Position numbers and translations under genes: made by a program. DNA of 34,147 nucleotides. Origin: Nemertoderma westbladi (lineage: Eukaryota; Animalia; Xenacoelomorpha). The stretch's first letter is position 1. Each line of letters starts with the position of its first letter. Under the pieces are notes generated by a model. The model ran no database searches. It was not told the origin of the DNA and worked only from the letters and a program-made list of their open reading frames with translations. Shown here one piece after another: positions 11,601-22,440 of the stretch. The DNA lies in NCBI GenBank assembly GCA_032718475.1, contig JAUCBJ010007619.1, forward strand, positions 1-34,147, read 5' to 3'.

Positions 11601-14600
11601 AAACTCGCACGGTAAGACAGTTCCATTATATCGACTGGCCGGAACAAGGGGTTCCGAAAGTGGTCGATCAGTTTCTAGATTTTATTAACCAAGTTCATAA
11701 AACCAAAGAACAGTTCGGTTGTGACGGTCCCATTACAGTTCACTGCAGGTTAGTGAAGGTTTAATAGTATAGAAATATTTCAATATTTTATTAAGTAATG
11801 TGTGTAAGTAAATGAGGAGGAATGATTGTTTGTAATTTCATGATTTGAAGCATTTTAGAACCATAAAAATAGTTATTTTCAGAAGAATATTTTAATAATA
11901 ACAATATAATAAAACACAATACATTTCAATAATTATACATTTATTTTGGGAACTAATATATAAAAATTACGCGATTCCTAAATTTCTACACTAGTCGGTT
12001 ATAAAGTACGCATGTGATGGGATTAGTCCTACAATTACGCCAATAAAAGATAAGTTATTTTCGGTAAAATAAATGTATCATTCGAGGTAAAGACCCCTAG
12101 ATCCCTTCCTATATTAAATATATAATAACAAACACCAAGAGTAATGATATACCGGGCCTGCATATAAAAATAATACGAGAATGAGGTTGGATGTTGGGTG
12201 GGGAGGTCTCGGAGACCAGCATCTAGAGAATGAGATTGGATATCGGGTGGGGAGGTCTCGGAGACCAGCATCTAGAGAATGAGGTTGGGTATCGGGTGGG
12301 GAGGTCTCGGAGACCAGCATCTAGAGAATGAGATTGGATATCGGGTGGGGAGGTCTCGGAGACCAGCATCTAGAGAATGAGGTTGGGTATCGGGTGGGGA
12401 GGTCTCGGAGACCAGCATCTAGAGAATGAGGTTGGGTATCGGGTGGGGAGGTGTCGGAGACCAGCATCTAGAGAATGAGGTTGGGTATCGGGTGGGGAGG
12501 TCTCGGAGACCAGCATCTAGAGAATGGGGTTGGGTATCGGGTGGGGAGGTCTCGGAGACCAGCATCTAGAGAATGGGGTTGGATGTCGGGTGGGGAGGTC
12601 TCGGAGACCAGCATCTAGAGAATGAGGTTGGGTATCGGGTGGGGAGGTCTCGGAGACCAGCATCTAGAGAATGAGGTTGGGTATCGGGTGGGGAGGTCTC
12701 GGAGACCAGCATCTAGAGAATGGGGTTGGGTATCGGGTGGGGAGGTCTCGGAGACCAGCATCTAGAGAATGAGGTTGGATATCGGGTGGGGAGGTCTCGG
12801 AGACCAGCATCTAGAGAATGAGGTTGGATGTTGGGTGGGGAGGTCTCGGAGACCAGCATCTAGAGAATGAGATTGGATGTCGGGTGGGGAGGTCTCGGAG
12901 ACCAGCATCTAGAGAATGAGGTTGGGTATCGGGTGGGGAGGTCTCGGAGACCAGCATCTAGAGAATGAGGTTGGATGTTGGGTGGGGAGGTCTCGGAGAC
13001 CAGCATCTAGAGAATGAGATTGGATGTCGGGTGGGGAGGTCTCGGAGACCAGCATCTAGAGAATGAGGTTGGATGTCGGGTGGGGAGGTCTCGGAGACCA
13101 GCATCTAGAGAATGAGATTGGATGTCGGGTGGGGAGGTCTCGGAGACCAGCATCTAGAGAATGAGGAATGGGGATAAATGCGTCATTATAAAAATAACAT
13201 GTACTCCGGCAGGTATTGCATTATACCATGCATGGAAGTATATTATAGTAAATATATTCACTGAATTGAGTAAGTAATATTGTTGTCATGATTTTCCTAA
13301 AAGTGGCCAAATTCTACCGGTTCATATGCAAAATCGATACGATTTTTTAACTTTTCCCTCACTATTATTCTAATGGGAACAGCCCCGGTTTCAAGTCGAA
13401 AAATAAAAATAAAACGACATATTCTATTTAAATAAAGATCCTGTGTTTCACTTTCGGGCTCTCGTTTCTTATTTTCCCTTCGCTACACTCGTTCATGGAA
13501 ATATTCCCACTCGAGCCGGCGTTAAATACAGTGTTTCTTTATTTAAATCTAATATAGTTAGTATATATTCCACACAATTTGTGTGTTTTGATTTAATTTA
13601 ACTGGTTTTATTGGCACTACTGTTAGAGAAAGAGGAACTTTCTTCAGGCTGAAGATTTGGAACTAATTTCTTTAATATAATTCATAACATCGTGGTAGGC
13701 CGTATCGAACGACTCACCAATATTTACTTTCATTTTATATTGCAGCGCCGGGGTTGGTCGAACTGGAGTTTTTATTGCATTGAGTATAATTATAGAGCGA
13801 ATACAATTAGAAGGTCTAGTTGATATCTTCCAAGTTGTAAAACTTTTGAGAACACAGCGGCCAGCTATGGTACAAACTGAGGTAGGTTGGTACAAACCGA
13901 GGTAGGTTGGCCAAACTGGGGTAAGTTGGTACAAACTGGGGTAGGTTGGTACAAACTGGGGTAGGTTGGTACAAACTGAGGTAGGTTGGTACAAACCGTG
14001 TAGGTTGGTACAAACCGAGGTAGGTTGGTACAAACCGAGGTAGGTTGATACAAACTGGGGTAGGTTGGTACAAACCGAGGTAGATTGGTACAAACCGAGG
14101 TAGGTTGGTACAAACTGAGGTAGGTTGGTACAAACTGAGGTAGGTTGATACAAACTGGGGTAGGTTGGTACAAACCGAGATAGGTTGGTACAAACTGAGG
14201 TAGGTTGGTACAAACCGAGGTAGGTTGGTACAAACCGAGGTAGGTTGGTACAAACTGAGGTAGGTTGGTATAAACTGGGGTAGGTTGGTACAAACCGAGG
14301 TAGGTTGGTACAAACTGAGGTAGGTTGGTACAAACCGAGGTAGGTTGGTACAAACCGAGGTAGGTTGGTACAAACTGGGGTAGGTTGGTATAAACTGGGG
14401 TAGGTTGGTATAAACTGGGGTAGGTCGGTACAAACCGAGATAGGTTGGTACAAACTGAGGTAGGTTAGTACAAATCGAGGTAGGTTGGTATAAACCGAGT
14501 AGGTTGGTACAAACCGAGGTAGGTTGGTACAAACTGAGGTAAGTTGGTACAAACTGGGGTAGGTCGGTACAAACCGAGGTAGGTTGGTACAAACCGAGGT

Positions 14601-17456
14601 AGGTTGGTACAAACTGGGGTAGGTCGGTACAAACCGAGGTAGGTTGGTATAAACTGGGGTAGGTTGGTACAAACCGAGGTAGGTTGGTATAAACCGAGTA
14701 GGTTGGTACAAAACCGAGGTAGGTTGGTACAAATCGAGGTAGGTTTGTACAAACCGAGGTAGGTTGGTACAAACCGAGGTAGGTTGGTACAAACCGAGGT
14801 AGGTTGGTATAAACTGGGGTAGGTTGGTACAAACCGAGGTAGGTTGGTATAAACCGAGTAGGTTGGTACAAACCGAGGTAGGTTGGTACAAACCGAGGTA
14901 GGTTGGTATAAACTGGGGTAGGTTGGTACAAACCGAGGTAGGTTGGTACAAACCGAGGTAGGTTGGTATAAACTGGGGTAGGTTGGTACAAACCGAGGTA
15001 GGTTGGTACAAACCGAGGTAGGTTGGTACAAACCGAGGTATGTTGGTATAAACTGAGGTAGGTTGGTACAAACCGAGGTAGGTTGGTACAAACCGAGGTA
15101 GGTTGGTATAAACTGGGGTAGGTTGGTACAAACTGAGGTAGGTTGGTACAAACCGAGGTAGGTTGGTACAAACCGAGGTAGGTTGGTACAAACTGGGGTA
15201 GGTTGGTACAAACCGAGGTAGGTTGGTACAAACTGGGGTAGGTTGGTACAAACCGAGGTAGGTTGATACAAACTGGGGTAGGTTGGTACAAACCGAGGTA
15301 GGTTGGTACAAACCGAGGTAGGTTGGTACAAACCGAGGTAGGTTGGTACAAACTGGGGTAGGTTGGTACAAACCGAGGTAGGTTGGTACAAACTGGGGTA
15401 GGTTGGTACAAACCGAGGTAGGTTGGTACAAACTGGGGTAGGTTGGTACAAACCGAGGTAGGTTGATACAAACTGGGGTAGGTTGGTACAAACCGAGATA
15501 GGTTGGTACAAACTGAGGTAGGTTGGTACAGATCGAGGTAGGTTGGTACAAACTGAGGTAGGTTGATACAAACTGGGGTAGGTTGGTACAAACCGAGATA
15601 GGTTGGTACAAACTGAGGTAGGTTGGTACAAACCGAGGTAGGTTGGTACAAACCGAGGTAGGTTGGTACAAACCGAGGTAGGTTGGTACAAACTGAGGTA
15701 GGTTGGTACAAACCGTGTAGGTTGGTACAAACCGTGTAGGTTGGTACAAACCGAGGTAGGTTGGTACAAACCGAGGTAGGTTGGTACAAACTGAGGTAGG
15801 TTGGTACAAACTGAGGTAGGTTGGTACAAACCGAGGTAGGTTGGTACAAACTGAGGTAGGTTGGTACAAACCGAGGTAGGTTGGTACAAACCGAGGTAGG
15901 TTGGTACAAACTGAGGTAGGTTGGTACAAACTGAGGTAGGTTGGTACAAACTGAGGTAGGTTGGTACAAACTGAGGTAGGTGGGTACAAACCGAGGTAGG
16001 TTGGTACAAACTGAGGTAGGTGGGTACAAACCGAGGTAGGTTGGTACAAAATGAGGTAGGTTGGTACAAACTGAGGTAGGTTGGTACAAACTGAGGTAGG
16101 TTGGTACAAACCGAGGTAGGTTGATACAAACCGAGGTAGGTTGGTACAAACCGAGGTAGGTTGGTACAAACCGAGGTAGGTTGGTACAAACCGAGGTAGG
16201 TTGGTACAAACTGAGGTAGGTTGGTACAAACCGAGGTAGGTTGGTATAAACCGAGGTAGGTTGGTACAAACTGAGGTAGGTTGGTACAAACTGAGGTAGG
16301 TTGTTACAAACTGAGGTAGGTTGGTACAAACTGAGGTAGGTTGGTACAAACCGTGTAGGTTGGTACAAACTGAGGTAGGTTGGTACAAACCGAGGTAGTT
16401 GGTACAAACTGAGGTAGGTTGGTACAAACTGAGGTAGGTTGGTATAAACTGGGGTAGGTTGGTATAAACCGAGGTAGGTTGGTACAAACTGAGGTAGGTT
16501 GGTACAAACTGAGGTAGGTTGTTACAAACTGAGGTAGGTTGGTACAAACTGAGGTAGGTTGGTACAAACTGAGGTAGGTTGGTACAAACCGTGTAGGTTG
16601 GTACAAACCGAGGTAGGTTGGTACAAACTGAGGTAGGTTGGTACAAACTGAGGTAGGTTGGTACAAACCGTGTAGGTTGGTACAAACTGAGGTAGGTTGG
16701 TACAAACCGTGTAGGTTGGTACAAACCGAGGTAGGTTGGTACAAACCGAGGTAGGTTGGTACAAACCGAGGTAGGTTGGTACAAACCGAGGTAGGTTGGT
16801 ACAAACCGAGGTAGGTTGGTATAAACTGAGGTAGGTTGGTACAAACCGAGGTAGGTTGGTACAAACCGAGGTCAGGTTGGTACAAACCGAGGTAGGTTTG
16901 TACAAACCGAGGTAGGTTTGTACAAACTGAGGTAGGTTGGTACAAACCGAGGTAGGTTTGTACAAACCGAGGTAGGTTGGTACAAACCGAGGTAGGTTGG
17001 TATAAACTGAGGTAGGTTGGTACAAACTGAGGTAGGTTGGTACAAACCGAGGTAGGTTGGTATAAACCGTGTAGGTTGGTACAAACCGAGGTAGGTTGGT
17101 ACAAACCGAGGTAGGTTGGTATAAACTGGGGTAGGTTGGTACAAACCGAGGTAGGTTGGTACAAACCGAGGTAGGTTGGTACAAACCGAGGTAGGTTGGT
17201 ATAAACTGGGGTAGGTTGGTACAAACCGAGGTAGGTTGGTACAAACCGAGGTAGGTTGGTACAAACCGAGGTATGTTGGTATAAACTGGGGTAGGTTGGT
17301 ATACTAATTATAATACAAAATATACTTTGATAGTTTTTGTGTTTATAATCCTTTAATTATTAACCAGATATATTTGTAAATTTGCAGGACCAATACGCGT
17401 TGTGTTATAAAGCGGCATTGGAATACGTTGGCAGCTACGATCAGTATTTATCCTAG
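2405..17456 (+). CDS. Lar: LAR-family (type IIa) receptor protein tyrosine phosphatase, 5'-partial; join(2405-2602,3134-3541,4121-4247,4478-4641,5004-5147,5315-5445,5838-5967,6190-6439,6821-7032,7155-7280,11594-11748,13746-13881,17388-17456)
   Basis: Manual splicing gives 2250 nt of continuous frame ending in TAG; all 12 introns are GT-AG with matching phases. Contains a TM helix, D1 motifs [38 protein letters not shown] and D2 motifs [21 protein letters not shown]. Segments such as [20 protein letters not shown] and [10 protein letters not shown] are diagnostic of LAR/PTPRD/PTPRS. Confidence 0.96.
2917..3085. repeat. Short intronic tandem repeat, about 30-bp unit ACTGTAAAGTGTTACTTTTCTGATGRGCGT, about 5 partly interrupted copies
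   Basis: Units start at 2945, 3005, 3035, 3065. Confidence 0.85.
3134..3541 (+). CDS. Lar: Lar exon: transmembrane helix and wedge region (VTKSVY...FSQEYE)
   Basis: ttag acceptor, GAG|gtgagg donor; hydrophobic [25 protein letters not shown] followed by RKR; [12 protein letters not shown] motif. Confidence 0.93.
4121..4247 (+). CDS. Lar: Lar exon: start of D1 ([14 protein letters not shown]...[16 protein letters not shown])
   Basis: ttacag acceptor, G|gtgggt donor (phase 1); not in ORF track, translated by hand. Confidence 0.95.
4478..4641 (+). CDS. Lar: Lar exon: D1 (GDYINANY...IATQGP...RLEERGR)
   Basis: ttcccag acceptor, CGG|gttagt donor; canonical PTP motifs. Confidence 0.95.
5004..5147 (+). 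CDS. Lar: Lar exon: D1 (VKCDHYWP...SKRE)
   Basis: tttcag acceptor, GAG|gtgagc donor; KCxxYWP motif. Confidence 0.93.
5315..5445 (+). CDS. Lar: Lar exon: D1 WPD loop to catalytic Cys ([15 protein letters not shown]...PMVVHC)
   Basis: catag acceptor, AG|gttagt donor (phase 2). Confidence 0.95.
5404..5753 (+). repeat. 73-bp tandem repeat (about 4.8 copies) made of the last 42 nt of a Lar exon plus its donor and intron start
   Basis: Units start at 5404, 5477, 5547, 5620, 5693; the second has a 3-bp deletion. Confidence 0.96.
5838..5967 (+). CDS. Lar: Lar exon: D1 P-loop ([44 protein letters not shown])
   Basis: ttttag acceptor, CAG|gttagt donor; not in ORF track, translated by hand. Confidence 0.95.
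6190..6439 (+). CDS. Lar: Lar exon: D1 Q-loop, linker, start of D2 (TEEQYVFIH...KNRLVNILP)
   Basis: gtag acceptor, T|gtgagt donor (phase 1). Confidence 0.94.
6821..7032 (+). CDS. Lar: Lar exon: D2 ([23 protein letters not shown]...TKLREMAR)
   Basis: tttag acceptor, CGG|gtaagt donor; translated by hand. Confidence 0.95.
7155..7280 (+). CDS. Lar: Lar exon: D2 (EKCHQYWP...REFKLTDTR)
   Basis: tgtag acceptor, AGA|gtaagt donor; translated by hand. Confidence 0.95.
7364..10187. repeat. Intronic tandem array, 24-bp unit CGYAGTGAYAATGAGTGACAACGT, about 118 copies
   Basis: Directly visible; unit contains AGTGACAA twice. Confidence 0.98.
10320..11548. repeat. Intronic tandem array, 17-bp CpG-rich unit GCGAGACGTTAGTGCCC, about 73 copies
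   Basis: Directly visible; 16-bp variants and higher-order blocks. Confidence 0.98.
11594..11748 (+). CDS. Lar: Lar exon: D2 ([10 protein letters not shown]...WPEQGVP...PITVHC)
   Basis: tttcag acceptor, AG|gttagt donor (phase 2). Confidence 0.95.
12177..13166. repeat. Intronic tandem array, 49-bp G-rich unit GAGAATGAGGTTGGRTRTCGGGTGGGGAGGTCTCGGAGACCAGCATCTA, about 20 copies
   Basis: Period of 49 (e.g. 12422 to 12471). Confidence 0.97.
13746..13881 (+). CDS. Lar: Lar exon: D2 P-loop ([14 protein letters not shown]...[11 protein letters not shown])
   Basis: ttgcag acceptor, GAG|gtaggt donor; translated by hand. Confidence 0.95.
13868..17303 (+). repeat. Tandem array, 20-bp unit TGGTACAAACYGAG|GTAGGT, about 170 copies; first copy is the real exon end and donor
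   Basis: First unit overlaps the MVQTE codons (13868-13881) and donor (13882-13887). Confidence 0.98.
17388..17456 (+). CDS. Lar: Lar terminal coding exon ([22 protein letters not shown])
   Basis: tttgcag acceptor; matches the LAR-type C-terminus DQYxxCYxAALEYxGS; TAG at 17454-17456. Confidence 0.95.
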   Translation, partial: DQYALCYKAALEYVGSYDQYLS

Positions 17457-17538
17457 CCAGTGCGAGCCGTGGTTGTTGCTATAGAAACAGGTCATCTTCC
17501 AGCTGTTTAACTGGTTGAGGAATGTGTTTGGTTTATAG

Positions 17539-17544
17539 AATAAA
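17539..17544 (+). promoter_or_regulatory. Candidate polyadenylation signal AATAAA
   Basis: AATAAA about 80 nt after the stop codon, followed by T/GT-rich sequence; region is AT-rich so chance occurrence is possible. Confidence 0.45.
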
Positions 17545-19199
17545 ACCGTTTCCTCTTAGTAATTTAAATTGTTTCGAACATTATTTTGTTTTTCTTGCTT
17601 TTAAAGTTTCTTTTTGTATTGAATTCTGTTTTGTTTATAAAGTTATTAATTGATTTTAAGTGCTTATAAGTATAATAATTAATTATGTTAAATGTATATA
17701 AATTATTTAAATGTTTGTTAAAAAGTAATTATGTTAAGTAATTATTTGTTCGTTAAAAGTTGCACATTTCTAAAGTTATGTTGGGTGCAATGCCTAGTGC
17801 GTGCAATTAAAGTAGTGCAATGAGTTTATCAAGTCAGTCTTCGAATTGATTGAAAATTAATGTTTTTTTTTATACATTATTTACTATTATTGTTATTTTC
17901 TAAGCTAATTAATTCTAACTTGTGTTGGGGGTTAACCCCTTTTGTTTATTTTATGTTCTGTAATCGTAAACATAATTTATTACAATTCGATCTCAAACAC
18001 TCATTATTATAATTATACCGCATACATGATGGCTCTCTAAAGGGTCGTATGTGTATCAAGTAGAAAAACCGAAAACCGAAAAACTTCCTAAAACTTAGCT
18101 AATTGAGAATTTTCATTTCCACAAAAATCTGGCGCTATTTAATTATAAAAAAAATGTTAAACAAATCTTACCATGCGACTGCCATGTCAACTGACAGAGG
18201 CAGAATATCACGGTTTCAGATGAGTTGGCCCACTGTTTATTACCGTAACAGTCGCTTTGATCTAAATCTAAATGTAAGGCTATCGACCAACTGTATTCTA
18301 TGTAGAATTTTAATGCTACGGTACCGATATACCTAAAATCGATTAAAAAGTAACATATCATTAAAATCAATAGAATACATTCGTCGTATTGATGATAATG
18401 TTTCCCACCTGAACGAACAAAACTAACCATATTTCCGTGAATTGGACGAGCGAATAATTATTTCTAGCGCCGAAATAAACCTGATAAAAAGTCATTTGTT
18501 TATCAGCGTAGCGATTAATGTCTGTTATTTGGGACATAAATTTTTTCATAAATAAAAAATTGCTCAATTCCATTTTTATCTCATCTGATTTCATTAAATT
18601 AAATTAAATGTATTTTTTATTATTATTAAGGTTATATTACTGAATTAAATTTGAATTAAAAACTGTAAATAACTTTATGATCATAGTTTTATTATATAAC
18701 AATTAGGAAAAATTACGAAATTTTAATGGACTTTGTTTTTTCGAAATCAGCGATATCGAGCGAGTATCGTATTTTTCAAGCATTAATACCGTTATTTTTC
18801 AAAATTAATTTCAGCACTGTCTGTTACTAATATGTAAGAATGTACGTCAATATCCATCTAGCAACAAGAAATCACAACACCATTCATATTCAAGGATTTT
18901 TGCTGTGGGGGTTTCCAGGTCACTGGTTTCATTTCTGAGGTCAGTTTTCACCTTAATGAATTATAGATAGTCTGTTTGTCTCTCTGTCGGTCTCTCTGAC
19001 TGTCCGACAGTCTGTCTGTCAAAATCTCAGGAAATGGCACACCAGCTAGATAAAAGTTTTATATCGATTATCTGGTTGCAGAATTCATTTCGAGTGTCAG
19101 TTTTCACGTTTGATGGTTACCTCCAAACTGTTGTCTGAGTGTCAGGTAGTTGGTTACATTTTGACGGACATAGGCTGACAGATTTGATTTGGTCCTTTG

Positions 19200-20548
19200 A
19201 AGGAATGCCTGTTCACCACATGGGTGATCTTCCACAGTAAACCCTTCCGCTCTGTTTCCCAAAGGAATGCCTGTTCACCACCATGGTTGATCTTCCACAG
19301 TAAACCCTTCCACTCTGTTTCCTAAAGGAATGCCTGTTCACCACATGGGTGATCTTCCACAGTAAACCCTTCCACTCTGTTTTCCAAAGGAATGCCTGTT
19401 CACTACCATGGGTGATCTTCCACAGTAAACCCTTCCGCTCTGTTTCCCAAAGGAATGCCTGTTCAAAACCATGGGTGATCTTCCACAGTAAACCCTTCCT
19501 CACTGTTTTCTAAAGGAATGCCTGTTCACTACCGTGGGTGAACTTCCACAGTAAACCCTTCCACTCTGTTTCCTAAAGGAAAAGGAATGCATGTTCACCA
19601 CTATATGGGTGATCTTCCACAGTAAACACTTGCACTCTGTTTCCCAAAGGAATGCCTGTTCACCGCCATGGGTGATCTTCCACAGTAAACCCTTCCACTC
19701 TGTTTCCCAAAGGAATGCCTGTTCACCACATGGGTGATCTTCCACAGTAAACCCTTCCACTCTGTTTTCCAAAGGAATGCCTGTTCACTACCGTGGGTGA
19801 TCTTCCACAGTAAACCCTTCCACTCTGTTTCCTAAAGGAAAAGGAATGCATGTTCACCACTATATGGGTGATCTTCCACAGTAAACACTTGCACTCTGTT
19901 TCCCAAAGGAATGCCTGTTCACCGCCATGGGTGATCTTCCACAGTAAACCCTTCCACTCTGTTTCCCAAAGGAATGCCTGTTCACCACCATGGGTGATCT
20001 TCCACAGTAAACAATTCCACTCTGTTTCCTAAAGGAATGCCTGTTCACCACCACCACCATGGGTGATCTTCCACAGTAAACACTTCCACTCTGTTTCCCA
20101 AAGGAATGCCTGTTCACCTCCTTGGGTGATCTTCCTCAGTAAACCCTTCCACTCTGTTTCCCAAAGGAATGCCTGTTCACCACCATGGGTGATCTTCCAC
20201 AGTAAACAATTCCACTCTGTTTCCTAAAGGAATGCCTGTTCACCACCACCACCATGGGTGATCTTCCACAGTAAACCCTTGCACTCTGTTTCCTAAAGGA
20301 ATGCCTGTTCACCACCATGGGTGATCTTCCACAGTAAACCCTTCCACTCTGTTTCCCAAAGGAATGCCTGTCCACCACCATGGGTGATCTTCCACAGTAA
20401 ACTCTTCCACTCTGTTTCCTAAAGGAATGCCTCATCACCACCATGGGTGATATTCCACAGTAAACCCTTCCACTCTGTTTCTAATGGCTGTTCACCACCA
20501 TGGGTGATCTTCCACAGTAAATCCTGCCACTCTGTTTCCCAAAGGAAT
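19200..20548. repeat. Intergenic tandem array, about 63-bp unit AAGGAATGCCTGTTCACCACCATGGGTGATCTTCCACAGTAAACCCTTCCACTCTGTTTCCCA, about 21 copies
   Basis: Directly visible; variable CAC microsatellite within the unit. Confidence 0.97.
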
Positions 20549-22440
20549 TGTACGCGCTTTTATAGTAACCTAGGAAATTAGCTACATTTTTTCGCTGCAG
20601 CTTTAAGAGTGTACATTGATTTAATATTATTTCAATACCCATATTACTACATCGGCATAAGATGCGTTGGCGTTGTATCACACATCTCCACATATCACAC
20701 ATCTCCACATAGATGTATCAACAGTTACTCGCACAGTTTCGAAACTTCGCATAGTTATAACTGTATAAAGATCGTCAGTCTGCGTTTAGGAAAAATATTA
20801 TATGACAAAACAGGACAAGCGACGAGCGCAACGATGCATATAATGAAGACGAGTACTGCGTTGACTAAATTATTATATAAACCACCTGGCTTCACATATT
20901 GATCGCATCCCTAGTTATTATTATTATAAAGATCGTCCTAGCCTGCGTTTAAGAAATATATTTAAATACAAAACAGGACGAACGCAAAGAGGCTTATAAT
21001 GAAAACGAGTACTGCGTTTATTATATTCCTATAAACCACCTGGCTTTGCATATTTAACGTGCGATTGGAAATAAGTTCGTGCTACCCTTCCGTGGGTGGT
21101 AGATGTCGCGGTTATGTATTGGTGGTTGGGAAGGGTGGGGGGGGGGGGGGGGGGTGGAGATTAAAAGGGGTGAACACGTACTGTCCACCTTTCTTTGATT
21201 GATTGGTGGTGTGGGTAAATTTCTCAAAACCTGATTTTGTGATACAGTCGCTGCATTTTAATTTGTATATAATAACTAGGCCTCGTGCTGCGCGAAGTCC
21301 CCACGAACGTGTTGGATTTGTTAACATAAGACTTTGCCTTAACACTGGCTTTAAAATTTATTGCTAATGCAGCTTTTTGTTTTCGTGTTGGCATTTAATG
21401 TATGGAATTTGCGCAACCGAAACAAAAAACGGTGCCCAGCCCGTGAGAATGCAGAGGCGCAATATAACATTGTATAAGATAATGTGTTTTACTTTTTTGT
21501 TACTCTTTTTCTTTATACAGTTCAGGTACCTACTGTATACAGTATATATTTGATTTATTGATTGATGTGTTGGTGGAATAATTATATTGATCGATTAAAA
21601 GATTCGTTGACAGATAGTCTTCAAAAATATTTTTCCTAAATTAAATTCATTCTACATAATACACTGTAAGTAATTCTAAAATATAAAAATTACTCCGGAA
21701 GAAATGAATAGCTAAGTGTGGTGATAGTGGTCTCTCTGAGGGAGGGTGGAGGTGGCATTTTGCCATTATGAAAAATTGAATTATTTTGTTTATATCGGTG
21801 TATGTGAAAAGTTGCCTTTGGGAGTCAACCAACCGACAAACAAAATGGCAAACCGGCACTCTTAGACAACTCCACTGTTGGTTGTCTTCTTATTTCCTTG
21901 TGAAGATATTATAACACCAATTCTGCCGTGCAATGTAAAAATACCGTAAGTCAAAAAAGTAATTTCGAGTAAAACGCAAATTACCTTTTGTCTTCAGATT
22001 GTTGGTTTAAATTGTCCGTAAATTTCTAATTTCTTCTGGTGGTGGGAAATTTTTCTGCGTATTATTTTTCACTTTCCATTAATATTTTGACTTCAGGGTT
22101 GTCTTTTGTACTAACAGCGTTTTTGCGTTGTACAACGTGTATGTAAATACATTCGATACAATGCAAAAAATGTCACAATGACAAATAAGTAAGTCTGTCA
22201 GTTACACTGTCTTGCATTTTGTAAATATGAGACATTAATTACGGGGGGCTACCCCCTGCGGTTATTAATTAATTTGTAAATAACTCGAAATTATTATAAA
22301 ATCTTATGAAATGAATAAAAAATTTGCGTGAAAGAATGTCATTCCGAGAAAATTGCCTTCAAAGTAATACGCCACCGACACATTTGACATACCACCGACA
22401 ACAAAAGACACAAACCGACAGGTAAAATCTCAAACCGATT

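Noticed and set aside
10320-13166. Repeated BsmBI (GAGACG), BsaI (GGTCTC/GAGACC) and XbaI sites suggesting a synthetic Golden Gate construct
   Set aside because: Sites are parts of naturally diverged repeat units within an intron; no vector, marker or designed overhangs
11594-13881. D2 substitutions (KNRL, WPEQ) as signs of pseudogenisation
   Set aside because: These are the established features of the catalytically weak LAR D2 domain; D1 motifs are intact and the frame is uninterrupted
13644-17264. Long minus-strand [16 protein letters not shown] ORFs up to 1066 aa
   Set aside because: All three frames give the same cyclic peptide from a 20-bp unit that lacks minus-strand stops; the unit derives from the plus-strand exon/donor junction
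13882-17387. De novo intron gain by tandem duplication of an AGGT proto-splice site
   Set aside because: The intron has its own unique 3' part with a normal TTTGCAG acceptor unrelated to the repeat, so the array expanded within an existing intron
17600-18800. Short ORFs at 18103-18594
   Set aside because: AT-rich 3' flank, no motifs or convincing splice structure
1-20548. CRISPR-array interpretation of the tandem repeats
   Set aside because: Units are head-to-tail with no unique spacers, there are no cas genes, and the context is a spliceosomal-intron gene
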